Origin: Actinomycetota bacterium
GTDB lineage: Bacteria > Actinomycetota > Acidimicrobiia > Acidimicrobiales > VFJN01
Assembly: GCA_046723645.1 (NCBI GenBank)
Contig: JBKOUY010000008.1
Span: forward strand, 13,264-77,263
DNA: 64,000 nt
Direction: 5' to 3'
The notes under the pieces are model-generated. The model did no database searches. It was given only the letters and a program-made list of their open reading frames with translations, and had not been told where the DNA came from. Numbering within the stretch: position 1 is the first letter of the stretch; each line of letters begins with the position of its first letter. Shown in pieces: positions 45,015 through 54,891 of the stretch. Made by a program: the position numbers and the translations under genes.

Positions 45015-45500
45015 ATGAGCGTCACCAGCGTCGACAAGGACTTCGACAGCCTGACCCTCACGCTGGTCGCCGACTTCGACGCACCGATCGAGCGGGTCTG
45101 GCGCCTGTGGGCCGACCCGCGGCGGCTGGAGCGCTGGTGGGGACCGCCGACCTATCCCGCGACTGTGGAGCGGCACGACCTGACCCCCGGCGGCCAGGTC
45201 ACCTACGTCATGACCGGACCCGAGGGCCAGAAGTCGCGCGGCTGGTGGCGGGTCACGGCCGTCCATCCGCCGACGTCGCTGGACTTCGTCGACGGTTTCG
45301 CGGACGAGGAAGGGGCACCGATCGCCGACATGCCGACCACCACGGTGCAGGTGCGCCTCAGCGAGACCGACGGCGGCACCCGCATGGTGCTGCGGTCGAT
45401 CTTCGACTCCCGCGAGCACATGCAGCGGGTGGTCGACCTGGGGGCGCCCGAGGGCCTGCAGCAGGCGGTCGGCCAGATGGACGCGCTGCTCGCAGGCTGA
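45015..45500 (+). CDS. SRPBCC/AHSA1 (Aha1-like) family protein
   Basis: …FDAPIERVWRLWADPRRLERWWGPP…GGQVTYVMTGPEGQKSRGWWRV… is typical of the AHSA1 domain. Confidence 0.8.
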   Translation: MSVTSVDKDFDSLTLTLVADFDAPIERVWRLWADPRRLERWWGPPTYPATVERHDLTPGGQVTYVMTGPEGQKSRGWWRVTAVHPPTSLDFVDGFADEEGAPIADMPTTTVQVRLSETDGGTRMVLRSIFDSREHMQRVVDLGAPEGLQQAVGQMDALLAG

Positions 45501-45593
45501 CCGGCGGGGCGGCCGACCGGCGCCCGCGCCCGCCGGGACCAGGACTGGGCCCGCGGCATCACCACCACAGCCAACACCCGAAAGGAATCACCC

Positions 45594-46157
45594 GTGCGCA
45601 CGTTCAAGCTCCAGGTCCAGACCAGCGTCGACGGCTACATGGCCGGCCCGAACGGTGAGATGGACTGGATGGCGTTCCCGTGGACCGACGACATCAACGC
45701 GTACATCGGGGCGCTCGACGATCCGGTCGACTGCATCGTGTTGGGCCGCAAGCTCGCCGAGGGCTTCATCCCCGCCTGGAAGGCCGGCCCCCCAGGCGAG
45801 GACCAGGCCTCGATCGACAAGATGAACAACACGCCGAAGGTGGTGATCTCGAACACCCTCACCGAGTCGCCTTGGGAGAACGCCGTCGTCGCCGGCGGGG
45901 ACCTCGCCGAGACCATCAACGGGCTCAAGGGCCAGCCCGGCGGCGACATGATCGCGTACGGGGGCGGCACGCTGGTCTCGGCCCTCATCGCCAACGACCT
46001 ACTCGACGAGCTCCACCTGTTCGTGAACCCGGCGGCCCTCGGCGCCGGGATGCCCGTCTTTCCGAGCCGGAATGCCCACCAGCGGCTTCGCCTCGTCACC
46101 GCTCAGCCGTTCGAGTGCGGGATCACCGCGCTGCACTACGAGCCGGTGCGCTCCTGA
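45594..46157 (+). CDS. Dihydrofolate reductase-like (RibD C-terminal domain) protein
   Basis: …QVQTSVDGYMAGPNGEMDWM…CIVLGRKLAEGF…MIAYGGGTLVSALIANDLLDELHLFVNPAALGAG…. Confidence 0.85.
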   Translation: MRTFKLQVQTSVDGYMAGPNGEMDWMAFPWTDDINAYIGALDDPVDCIVLGRKLAEGFIPAWKAGPPGEDQASIDKMNNTPKVVISNTLTESPWENAVVAGGDLAETINGLKGQPGGDMIAYGGGTLVSALIANDLLDELHLFVNPAALGAGMPVFPSRNAHQRLRLVTAQPFECGITALHYEPVRS

Positions 46158-46803
46158 AGCGGCCGATCGCGGCGTCGTCGCGCAAGAGGGCCACCAGGGC
46201 ACGGACGTCGTGTCGCTCGAAGGTGGACGCGTAGCGGGACACGAGCGCCCGCTGTCCCTGCTCCAGTGGCCCGAGGCGTGCGTCGGGGGCGCAGTGCTCC
46301 ACCCGGGCCCGCGCCCGCTGCAGGGCGCTGTCGACCGAGGCCAGGGTGGTGTCGAGCAGCTCGGCCACCTCGCCGGCCCGCCAGCCGAGCACGTCGCGCA
46401 GGATCAGCACGGCGCGCTGGCGGGCGGGCAGATGGGCCACGGCGGCGGCGAACGCCAGGCGGACCGACTCTCGAGACGCGGCGGCATCGGCGGGATCGCT
46501 CTCCTCCGGGGGCGGCTCGACGTCGGCGACCGGGCGAGCCCGTCGTTGTGGTCGTCGCAGCATGTCGAAGCACACGTTGGTGGCGATGCGATGCAGCCAT
46601 GACCGCAACGACGAGCGGCCCTCGAAGCCGTCGATGTGCCGCCACGCCCGCACCATCGTCTCCTGCACGGCGTCCTCGGCCTCGAAGGTCGAGCCCAGCA
46701 CGCGGCGGCAATGGCCTGTCAGCTCCCGACGGTAGGGCTCCAGCGCACACGCCACGGCATCGGGCATCACGCCGAGAATCACCCGGCTGCGGTCCGCGTG
46801 CAT
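46123..46803 (-). CDS. ECF sigma factor, SigJ/ECF41-like with a short C-terminal tail (paralogue of 9466..10239)
   Basis: Near-identical blocks to the first sigma factor (ELTGHCRRVLGSTFEAEDAVQETMVRAWR…LRSWLHRIATNVCFDMLRRPQRRARP; LPARQRAVLILRDVLGW…SVDSALQRAR). The tail ends …HDVRALVALLRDDAAIGRF… The 3' 35 nt overlap the convergent DHFR-like gene. ATG 46767 is an alternative start. Confidence 0.85.
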   Translation of the reverse strand: MHADRSRVILGVMPDAVACALEPYRRELTGHCRRVLGSTFEAEDAVQETMVRAWRHIDGFEGRSSLRSWLHRIATNVCFDMLRRPQRRARPVADVEPPPEESDPADAAASRESVRLAFAAAVAHLPARQRAVLILRDVLGWRAGEVAELLDTTLASVDSALQRARARVEHCAPDARLGPLEQGQRALVSRYASTFERHDVRALVALLRDDAAIGRFRSAPARSAAR

Positions 46804-46945
46804 CGTGCAAGTGGATGATCAGGGGGCTGAAAGGCGGGGCGCCGGCGCCGTCCCGAGGCCATAGCCTCAGCGGCATGACGGCCTGCTGCTCGAGTGGCGC
46901 CTCGCGCCGCGGGTGCGGGCACCGGGGATGGCTGGGGCCGCGGCC

Positions 46946-49738
46946 ATGAAGCCCAAGACGCTCCTGCCCCTGGTGGGCCGCGCCCAGCAGCTCGACGCGG
47001 CGCTGGACGCCATCTCGGCGGCACGCGACGGACGGGGGCGCGTCGTGCTCGTCCACGGCGAGGCCGGGATCGGCAAGACCCGGCTGTGCCACGAGGTCCG
47101 CCTGCGTCTCGACCGCCGTGGCATCGAGCTGATCACCGGCCGGGCCGGTCCGGGCGACGCCGGCATGTCCTACTCCGCGCTCGCGGATTCCCTCCGTGCC
47201 GCACGCCGGTCGGGCGCAGCCTTCTGGGCGGCGGCGGGTAGCCGGGCCGAGACGTTGGCGGCGGTGGTTCCCGAGCTCGCCCAGCAGGGCTCGGTCGCGA
47301 GCGCGCTGGTGGACCGGCCGGTGGTGTACGAGGCACTGCTCGACGTCGTCGAGGAGGCGGCGGTCGACCGGGCAACCGTCTGGTTCATGGAAGACCTGCA
47401 CTGGGCCGACCCCGCCACCTTGGCATTCGTCGAGTACGCCGCGCGGCGGGTGGGAGACATGTCCCTGGTCCTCGTCGTGACCACCCGCGACGAGGACCTG
47501 CCGGCCGACACCCACGCCCGCCTCCTGCAGCTGAGCCGCGACCCGGAGGTGCTCGCTCTTGCGCTCGAGCGGCTCGACGACGCCGACACCCGGGCCATGG
47601 TCGGGGCGATCGCTCCGGAGCTGCCGGCCCCCGCGATCGATCGGGTCGCCGGTCGGAGCGCCGGCAACCCCCTGCTCGTCGAGGAGCTACTGGCCCTCGG
47701 AGGCGACCTCTCGGCCGGCATCCCCGACATCGTCAGGGCTGCGGTGCGGGAACGGACGGCGCGCCTCGCCGCCGACGACCGCACCGTGCTGGAGGCGGCA
47801 GCGGCGCTCGGGCCCCGCTTCGACGTCGACCAGTTGCTGAAGACCGCCCCGATCGATCCCTCCCGTGCCGGCGAGCAGCTGACCGGCGGCGGGCTGCTGG
47901 TGGCCGCCGATGACCCCGCTGGCGACGTGCTGGCGTTCTGGCATCCCCTCGTCTGGGAAGCCGTCTACAACGACATACCACTCCCCCGCCGGCGGCAGCT
48001 GCATGCAAGGATCGCAGCCACGCTTGAGGCCCAGGACCCCCAGGTGCAGCCGGAGAGCCTGGCCCGCCACCACGAGCTCGCCGACGACCCGGACGCGGCG
48101 CTGGAGACGCTGCTGGTGGCGCGCAAGGCGATCGGTGGCAACGTCGGTCGGGCGGCATCCCTCGCCCGGACTGCGCTGGACCTCGCGCGCCGGCACCCGC
48201 CGCTCCACGAGCGTGTGAACGAACTGGCCCGGCTGGCCGTCAACGACCTGTTCCTCGCCGGCCGGTGGACCGAGCTGGAACCGCTGGTCAGTGAGCTCTG
48301 GCCCACGCGCCACACGATGCCGGCCGAGGCACGGGCCTGGCTGGCCAACGCCGCGGTGATGGACGTCCTGTTCCTCGGCGAGGTCGCTCGGGCCAGGGCC
48401 ACCGCCGACGACGAGGTCGCCTACGTCGAGACGGCCGGCGACTCGTCCGGCGCCGGCCTGCTGTTTGCGCAGGCGGCGTTCCTCGCCTACTTCAGCGGGG
48501 ACTTCGCCGTCGCCCGAGACCGCTCGGAGCGCGCCGTCGCGGTCGCCCGCAGCTCCGGCGATGCCGAGGCCACCGCCCGGGCACAGCTCGTCCACGTCCT
48601 GGCGCGGCGCCGCCTCGGCCACCCTCGCAGCCACGCCATCGCGGATCTCCGAGACAATGCCGCGCTCGCCCGGTCGGCGGGGCTCGGGGTCGGCGAGGCC
48701 AACGCGCTGTTCGTCACCGCCTACATGTCCCTCCGGGACGCGGACTTCGCGGCTGCGGAGGACGTCGGCGCCGCGGCCGGGACCTGGTATGCGCTGCTCG
48801 CCCAGGTCCTCCACGGGCTCCTCCACGTGCTCGAGGGCCGCCCCGACCGGGCCGAGGCGCTGTTGGCCCGGGCGGGGGCCGAGGTCCGCCACGGCATCCC
48901 GACCCTTGGGCTCGCGGTCGACGTCGCCGAGGCCCACCTGTTCCTGCACCGCGGCGAGATGGATCACGCGCGCGGGCTGCTCGATCGACCCTCTGCCGCG
49001 CCCGAGGCGATGCTGATCCCGATGCTCCGGTCCGGGCACGCCGGTGCCCGCGGGTGGCTGGCTTGGGAAGAGCAACATTTCGGCGACGCCGCCGACGCAT
49101 TCGCCGAGTCGTCGGCGAGCTGCCTCGCGGGCGGCGGCTACGACATCATCGATACCGGCCCACTCATGCTGCCGCTCCAGACCGATTCCCTCGTGCGCCT
49201 GGACCGTGCCGCCGAGGCGCAGCAGGCGATCGAGGGATGCGTGGCCGCCGACCCCGAGCCGGACCGTTTCACGGTCGCCGCCGTCGCTGCGGCGCGGTTC
49301 CGCCTGGCGCCATCCGGCGACGCTGCGGATGCCGCCGATCGGGCGGCGGCCGCCGCACCGTGGCCCTGGTTGGAGGCGCTTGTCGGCTGCTGGCGCGGCG
49401 AGTTTCTCGTTGACGCCGGGGCGGTCGCCCGGGCGCGGGACCGGTTCGATGCCATCGAGGCGCTCCGCGGCGTCGAGCGGGCGGACGCCGTGCTCGACAG
49501 CCTGGGAAGGCGGGCGGGGAGCCGAGCCCCAGCCGGTCCCCAGCAGCTCTCGCCCCGGGAGCTCGAGGTCGCCGAACTGGTCACCGAGGGGCTCACCAAC
49601 TCGGCGATCGCCGCCCGCCTGTTCGTGAGCAGGGCGACCGTGTCCAGCCACGTCACGCACATCCTCACCAAGCTGGGCTTCACGTCTCGGGCGCAGATCG
49701 CCGCCTGGATCGCAGGTCGGCGGCCGCCTCGCCGCTGA
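46946..49738 (+). CDS. LAL-type regulator (STAND/AAA NTPase, TPR-like region, LuxR HTH)
   Basis: P-loop GEAGIGKTRLCHEV, Walker B-like VWFMEDLHWAD, C-terminus LSPRELEVAELVTEGLTNSAIAARLFVSRATVSSHVTHILTKLG. The start could be 46913, 46928 or 46946. Confidence 0.9.
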   Translation: MKPKTLLPLVGRAQQLDAALDAISAARDGRGRVVLVHGEAGIGKTRLCHEVRLRLDRRGIELITGRAGPGDAGMSYSALADSLRAARRSGAAFWAAAGSRAETLAAVVPELAQQGSVASALVDRPVVYEALLDVVEEAAVDRATVWFMEDLHWADPATLAFVEYAARRVGDMSLVLVVTTRDEDLPADTHARLLQLSRDPEVLALALERLDDADTRAMVGAIAPELPAPAIDRVAGRSAGNPLLVEELLALGGDLSAGIPDIVRAAVRERTARLAADDRTVLEAAAALGPRFDVDQLLKTAPIDPSRAGEQLTGGGLLVAADDPAGDVLAFWHPLVWEAVYNDIPLPRRRQLHARIAATLEAQDPQVQPESLARHHELADDPDAALETLLVARKAIGGNVGRAASLARTALDLARRHPPLHERVNELARLAVNDLFLAGRWTELEPLVSELWPTRHTMPAEARAWLANAAVMDVLFLGEVARARATADDEVAYVETAGDSSGAGLLFAQAAFLAYFSGDFAVARDRSERAVAVARSSGDAEATARAQLVHVLARRRLGHPRSHAIADLRDNAALARSAGLGVGEANALFVTAYMSLRDADFAAAEDVGAAAGTWYALLAQVLHGLLHVLEGRPDRAEALLARAGAEVRHGIPTLGLAVDVAEAHLFLHRGEMDHARGLLDRPSAAPEAMLIPMLRSGHAGARGWLAWEEQHFGDAADAFAESSASCLAGGGYDIIDTGPLMLPLQTDSLVRLDRAAEAQQAIEGCVAADPEPDRFTVAAVAAARFRLAPSGDAADAADRAAAAAPWPWLEALVGCWRGEFLVDAGAVARARDRFDAIEALRGVERADAVLDSLGRRAGSRAPAGPQQLSPRELEVAELVTEGLTNSAIAARLFVSRATVSSHVTHILTKLGFTSRAQIAAWIAGRRPPRR

Positions 49739-49774
49739 CTGTGCTTCGCGACGCGGCGCGTTGGCCTCTAGCGG

Positions 49775-50308
49775 TTACGACAGCCTTGTCACGATGCGGT
49801 TGACGGTTCTCCAGCTGCGTGTCGTGATCTCGTTGCCAAACCTCCTCTCGAGCCAGCGCATGAGACCCGGCGTGCGTGAGGCAGTCAGATCCACGACAGA
49901 ACAGATCACCCGGTTATCGAATGCGACGACGGTGTAGTCGCCGGCGTCGGCGCGATAGGGAAGGTCGAGGTCCACCTGTGACTCGTGTTTCAGGAAGGTG
50001 ACCTGGAGGCTTGTCGATCGTGTGTCGAGTCGATCGCCGAAGGGATCCCGTGCGACGAGGTCCTGCATCTGCTCCCGAGTGCGGATGATGGTGGTGCTCC
50101 GGAAGCCGAGTTGGGTGGGCCACTGCGTCTGGATCCGGGCCTCCACCTTCCTGAGGTCCCGCGTGTCCGACTCGAACACGACGTTGCCGCTCGAGGCGAC
50201 GGTCTGCACGTGGTGAAACCCGAGACCCTCGACGACGCCCCGTAGCTTCTCGTTCCGCATGTTCGGGTTCATTGGCCCGATTCCCCGAAGGAGCGCGACG
50301 TACCTCAT
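49775..50308 (-). CDS. DUF1697 family protein
   Basis: MRYVALLRGIGPMNPNMRNEKLRGVVEGLGFHHVQTVASSGNVVFES… is the canonical DUF1697 N-terminus. The gene is visibly lower in G+C than its neighbours. Confidence 0.85.
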   Translation of the reverse strand: MRYVALLRGIGPMNPNMRNEKLRGVVEGLGFHHVQTVASSGNVVFESDTRDLRKVEARIQTQWPTQLGFRSTTIIRTREQMQDLVARDPFGDRLDTRSTSLQVTFLKHESQVDLDLPYRADAGDYTVVAFDNRVICSVVDLTASRTPGLMRWLERRFGNEITTRSWRTVNRIVTRLS

Positions 50309-50336
50309 CGGACCGGAGCTCTCGTGGCTCGTCTCA

Positions 50337-51464
50337 TCACGCCGTGCCGGATCCCTGATCAGCCCTGCGGTCCACCGACCCCTCCGCCGTGAGGGCGATG
50401 AGGATAATCGCCGTCAGGGCGCCGACCTGTGCAAGCGCCCCGACCTCGCTGCCAAGCGGGATCGTCGTCAGCACCGCCAGCGCCGCGACCAGCCTGATCT
50501 GGCTGCGCGTGATCCCGAAGGTCCGCCGGAACCCGACCTCGCACGCGACGAAGGCGGCCACGCCGACGGCCAGTGCTGCGGCGGACCACCCATCCAACGG
50601 GTCGTAGGGATGCTCGATCACCTTCTCGAGCCCGGCCGCCACCGCGACGATGGCGAGGATGATGCCGTAGTGCCAGTACCCGAATCCCACCAGGGCGAGG
50701 CGGGGTCGGCGGTCCGGGCTGGCGGCGCTCATGGCGTCCTCGACGGACTCCTCGTCGCTGAAATAGACCCACCAGAGGGCCGCGCTGAGGCCCAGCGAGA
50801 CCAGCGCGGCCAGCGCGAGTCCGGCGTCTAGGTCCTGTTCCGACGCTGCCGCGCCGACGGCGACGATCGATTCTCCGAGGGCGATGATCACGACCAGACC
50901 GTGGCGCTCCACGAAGTGCGCCACCGACACGATGAAGCCCTCGAGAGTGGTCAGCCACGGTGAAGCCCAGAGCACGGCGGCCGTGAACGCCCACAGGGCC
51001 TGCTGCGCGTCGCCGCCCAGCGCGCCGCCGACCAGCACGACGCCAGCGGCGATCAGGTTGAAGGGCACGATCCGGAGGATCGCCCGGACCTCCGAGACCG
51101 ACGTCCCCCGTACGTACATCGCAGCGTGCAGCAGAATCACGACCAGGTAGCCGATGCCGAAGGCGAGCCCGTCACCGTCATACGCCTCGGGAATCGCCAG
51201 CGCGATCACGAGGAACCCGCCCATCCCACCGATCAGCAGCAGCCGGAAGCGAAGCCGGTCCGTGGCGATGGCGTTCGTGAGCCACGCGTAGCCGTCGTAC
51301 ATCCACCAGATGAGCAGCAGCATCACTGCGACCTCGAGGACGGCCGTGCCGTCCACGCCCTCCACGAGCAGCCCGGTCAGCTGCGTGATGGTGAAGACGA
51401 AGACGAGGTCGAAGAAGAGCTCGAGGGTCGAAACCCGGACGCTGCGCTCGTCGGGAGTGGACAT
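50337..51464 (-). CDS. Low-temperature-requirement A (LtrA) family membrane protein
   Basis: …VSTLELFFDLVFVFTITQL…LLIWWMYDGYAWLTN… with about 10 TM segments. Confidence 0.9.
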   Translation of the reverse strand: MSTPDERSVRVSTLELFFDLVFVFTITQLTGLLVEGVDGTAVLEVAVMLLLIWWMYDGYAWLTNAIATDRLRFRLLLIGGMGGFLVIALAIPEAYDGDGLAFGIGYLVVILLHAAMYVRGTSVSEVRAILRIVPFNLIAAGVVLVGGALGGDAQQALWAFTAAVLWASPWLTTLEGFIVSVAHFVERHGLVVIIALGESIVAVGAAASEQDLDAGLALAALVSLGLSAALWWVYFSDEESVEDAMSAASPDRRPRLALVGFGYWHYGIILAIVAVAAGLEKVIEHPYDPLDGWSAAALAVGVAAFVACEVGFRRTFGITRSQIRLVAALAVLTTIPLGSEVGALAQVGALTAIILIALTAEGSVDRRADQGSGTA

Positions 51465-51507
51465 GACCCCGCCATCGTGCCGCGGACGGCCAAACGCTTT
51501 TTCGTAA

Positions 51508-51537
51508 CGGGAATGGCCGCTGGGGCGGCCATTCCCG
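51508..51537 (-). terminator. 13-bp perfect hairpin downstream of the araC-DHFR-like operon
   Basis: c-gggaatggccgc / tggg / gcggccattccc-g. It ends 48 nt after the stop at 51585. On the transcribed strand an A-run, not a U-run, follows. Confidence 0.5.
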
Positions 51538-51584
51538 CGTTCGAAACCGTCAGTGCGCTGTGCGCCCGGTCAGGCCGCCGGGGG

Positions 51585-52133
51585 TCAGGGCCGGTACGTG
51601 GCCAGGATGATCCCGTTGCTCAGGACCCTCGAGTCCACGAGCTCGAACGCCGCCGTCGTGCCGGGGCGGGACATCAGGTTCGCGGCGTCGCTCGGCCCGA
51701 CCAGCTGCGGATGGATCCACAGCTGGAGCTCGTCGAACATGCCATCTTCGAGCAGCAACCGCGACACGTCACCGAAGCCGTACTGCACGATGTGGCCGCC
51801 GTTCTCGCCCTTGAGGTCGCGGACGCGGGCGACGACGTCGCCGGCGACCACCTCGGTGTTCGCCCACTCTGGATCGGCGAGCGTGGTGGACGCGACGACC
51901 TTGCGCATCGTGTTGATGCGGTCCGAGAACGGGTCGCCGCTGCGGGCCGACCACGCCGGGGCGAAGGAGTCGTACGTGCGGCGGCCCATCAGAACGATGT
52001 CGCAGGTCTCCAGCAGGTCGGTCTGGATCCTGTCGCCTTCGCCGGAGGTCCCGGCCTTCAGTGGGGGCCACAGGTGGGGGTCCCCGATGACGCCGTCGAG
52101 CGTGATGAACGTGGAGTTGATCAGTTGCCGCAT
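51585..52133 (-). CDS. Dihydrofolate reductase-like (RibD C-terminal domain) protein
   Basis: MRQLINSTFITLDGVIGDP…IVLMGRRTYDSFAPAW…IVQYGFGDVSRLLLEDGMFDELQLWIHPQLVG… Start placed at ATG 52133. Confidence 0.85.
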   Translation of the reverse strand: MRQLINSTFITLDGVIGDPHLWPPLKAGTSGEGDRIQTDLLETCDIVLMGRRTYDSFAPAWSARSGDPFSDRINTMRKVVASTTLADPEWANTEVVAGDVVARVRDLKGENGGHIVQYGFGDVSRLLLEDGMFDELQLWIHPQLVGPSDAANLMSRPGTTAAFELVDSRVLSNGIILATYRP

Positions 52134-52184
52134 CGGATGCGGTCTAGGCCCCGTGGGTGCCGCTGTCTTGAACGCCAGCGACAA

Positions 52185-52883
52185 CTAGGCGCCCGGCGCC
52201 GAGCTGCCGATCTGCGAGGGCGTCTGCCCGACGAAGCGCCTGAGCGACCTCGTCAGGTGGGGCTGGTCGGCGTACCCCGTCCGGCGCGCCGCCTCGGACG
52301 CCGGCACGCCCCGGGACAGCAGCTCGACCGCCCTCTCCGCCCGCCGGATCCGGCCGATCGCCCCCCGGCTCAGCCCGGTCGCCCGGGCCACCCGCCGCTC
52401 CAGCGACCGGGTGGAGAAGCCCTCCACGTCCCCGCGCATGGCCTCGGCCACGATCGGGTCGCGCACCAGCAGGCCCGCGCGGACGAGCCTGCCGACGAGG
52501 ACCTCGGCCGTGTCCGGGCGCGGGAGCTCCCAGGCGGACCCGTCGAGCCGGAACGTCCTGGCGGTCACCGCCGGCAACGTCACGGTTCGGTCCACCAGCC
52601 GGGCAGGCGGGAGGCCGGGCATGAACGTGCCCAGGCTGAACTGGATGCCGAAGAACTCGGCGTCCTGCGGGATCGGCACGATCGTCGCCCTCGTCTCAGG
52701 CCCCCGCACTGTCAGCCAGGCCGCGCCCCGCTGCCGCGTGACGACCATCTCCCAGTGGGTCGCCGCCACGGAGATGAACGACTCCTCGGGCTCGCTCCGG
52801 GCCTGCCACGTCTCCTCGACCAGGGGCGACCGTGACGACCGGGCCTCCACGGCGAACAGCTCCACGGCGCGCTTCATGACCAC
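52185..52883 (-). CDS. AraC family transcriptional regulator
   Basis: C-terminal HTH_18-type region: …STRSLERRVARATGLSRGAIGRIRRAERAVELLSRGVPASEAARRTGYADQPHLTRSLRRFVGQTPSQI. Confidence 0.85.
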   Translation of the reverse strand: MVMKRAVELFAVEARSSRSPLVEETWQARSEPEESFISVAATHWEMVVTRQRGAAWLTVRGPETRATIVPIPQDAEFFGIQFSLGTFMPGLPPARLVDRTVTLPAVTARTFRLDGSAWELPRPDTAEVLVGRLVRAGLLVRDPIVAEAMRGDVEGFSTRSLERRVARATGLSRGAIGRIRRAERAVELLSRGVPASEAARRTGYADQPHLTRSLRRFVGQTPSQIGSSAPGA

Positions 52884-52987
52884 CTTGACGAATGGCGGCC
52901 GGGGAACTCATCGGGCCCGGCGGCGCGCCTGACGACGCACGGGAGGGGCTCCAGGTCGTGCTCGGGCCCCTCCCGACGCGTCTGGGG

Positions 52988-54580
52988 CTACTGACTCACC
53001 TCCCGAGTGACGATGTTGGCGGGATCGGTCGCCGTGGTGACGGCGAAGAACGGGAAGAAGGAGGTCCCGTTCTGCCCGAGGCCTTCGTAGTCGCCCAGGA
53101 AGAACCCTCGGGCCACCGGAGCCCTCCGACTATCGAACGGGGCGTCCGTCACCGCGACTTCGTCGTCCCAGCTCGCCGCCGCCGAGCAGTCCTCGGATGC
53201 GGCGTGGCAGTGGGCGACGAACGCCTCGGTGGGGGTCGTTGCGCCGTTGTCGGCCGTGTTGCTCCGGAAGTCGTAGTACGAAACACCCACGGTGCCGTCG
53301 TCCAGCACGTGAACCATCGGCGTGAAGGCCTGCTCGTTCAGGTCGTTCGCCAGGTCCGGCGTCTGGTTCACCTTGATCGGGGCCGACCAGGTCAGTCCCC
53401 CATCGAGTGACTGACTGAACGCGATGCTGGACCGGGGGCCGAACCGGCTGTCCTGCCACACCAGATACACCGCGCCGGTGGTCCGGTCGACGGCGATCTC
53501 GGCGTTGATGTCGCCGGTGCGGTGGCTCGCCACGACGCCTGCGGGCAGCGGCGAGTCCGGGTCGATCACGATCCCGCGGAAGAACCTGTCGACGATGGTC
53601 TCCTGCCTGTCCCAGGTCGCGCCGTGGTCCGAGGACCGGATCACGGCGATGTGAGTGCCCCGGGTTCCCTGGTCGTTCCTGGTTCCCCGGACCAGCGTCA
53701 TGACGTTGATCAGCTCGCCGTCGAACTCGTCGTTGTCCGGGAGCACGGCGATCTGGTTGCCGATCGTCTGGGCGATGACCCCGGCTCGGAAGATCCTGCT
53801 GGCGGGCTCCCAGGTCTCGCCGCCGTCGGTGGTCCGCGCGAACAGGGGGTCGCCGGCGAAGGCGATGGCGTTCTCGAACGCCTGCTGGTTCTGGTTGCCG
53901 CTCGGCGGCGACACCACCAGGTCCCACACCGCGTAGGCGAAGTCGGAGTCGTTCGGGTCCGCGGTGATGGCGTTCTTGTCGTTGAACGCGTTCGGGCTCT
54001 CGTCGCGGTTGAGGGAGACCGGGTCCTCCCACGTCGCCCCGTGATCGGTCGAACGCGACACCAGCATGTCGTCGGGGTTCGTGTCGAACCCGCCGGGTGC
54101 GGTGTCGGTGGACAGGCTCATCAGGTACGCGGTCCCGTCCGGGGAGATGGCCACCCACGGGTCGGAGGCCCGCTCGAAGTTCCCCCCGTTGGCCGCGGTG
54201 CCCCCGGTGCAGTTCGACGACTTGGTCAGCGCGTTGGTTGTCCACGTCGCCCCGCCGTCGAGGCTGGTGGCGCTGACGTTGCCCTCCGATCCGCCGTTGT
54301 TCCACCGATCCTGCTGCCACGCCCCGATGATGACGTCCGGGTCCGACGGATCCACCATGACGTGGGGCTCGACCTCGCTGTTGACGAACTGCCGGGCCGG
54401 TACGCCGCCCACGTCGCGGAATCCGGTGTCACCTTCACACGCAGCGATCGGACTGGCTCCGGACACAGTGACCAGCGGGCCCGTCGTGGAGGTGTCGGCC
54501 GTGGCCGGAACGGAGCCGACCACGGCCAGAACAGCCACGGACGTACCTAACGCGATGACCTTGCTTCTCGGGCGATGCAT
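52988..54580 (-). CDS. Secreted BNR/Asp-box repeat beta-propeller protein (sialidase-like fold)
   Basis: Signal peptide MHRPRSKVIALGTSVAVLAVVGSVPATA. Five Asp-box motifs: SLDGGATW, STDHGATW, TTDGGETW, SSDHGATW, SLDGGLTW. Start placed at ATG 54580. Confidence 0.8.
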   Translation of the reverse strand: MHRPRSKVIALGTSVAVLAVVGSVPATADTSTTGPLVTVSGASPIAACEGDTGFRDVGGVPARQFVNSEVEPHVMVDPSDPDVIIGAWQQDRWNNGGSEGNVSATSLDGGATWTTNALTKSSNCTGGTAANGGNFERASDPWVAISPDGTAYLMSLSTDTAPGGFDTNPDDMLVSRSTDHGATWEDPVSLNRDESPNAFNDKNAITADPNDSDFAYAVWDLVVSPPSGNQNQQAFENAIAFAGDPLFARTTDGGETWEPASRIFRAGVIAQTIGNQIAVLPDNDEFDGELINVMTLVRGTRNDQGTRGTHIAVIRSSDHGATWDRQETIVDRFFRGIVIDPDSPLPAGVVASHRTGDINAEIAVDRTTGAVYLVWQDSRFGPRSSIAFSQSLDGGLTWSAPIKVNQTPDLANDLNEQAFTPMVHVLDDGTVGVSYYDFRSNTADNGATTPTEAFVAHCHAASEDCSAAASWDDEVAVTDAPFDSRRAPVARGFFLGDYEGLGQNGTSFFPFFAVTTATDPANIVTREVSQ

Positions 54581-54891
54581 GCCAACCCCCCTCCTTTCGG
54601 AAGCCGCGACATCGTCCGAAGCCCGTCTAGGGCGGCGACATGTCCGGCTAGTCGAGGTGGACGGCAGCACGGGCCCGCGGCGCGACAATGCCCGCGAGCC
54701 GACGGTCGTCGTGGGCTTCGCAGACGTTGCCCATCCGCCAGCGGCTGCCCAGCTCTCCGGGCTCACCGAGCCGTCAAGAACGGCCGTGGGGCCGACCACC
54801 GAAAAACAGTACCCAGGCGCCGGTCTTCGATACCCGGAGTCGTGGAGGCAATGGCGCAGCTCCCAGGACCGGAGTGCGGGATGCTGTTGTC

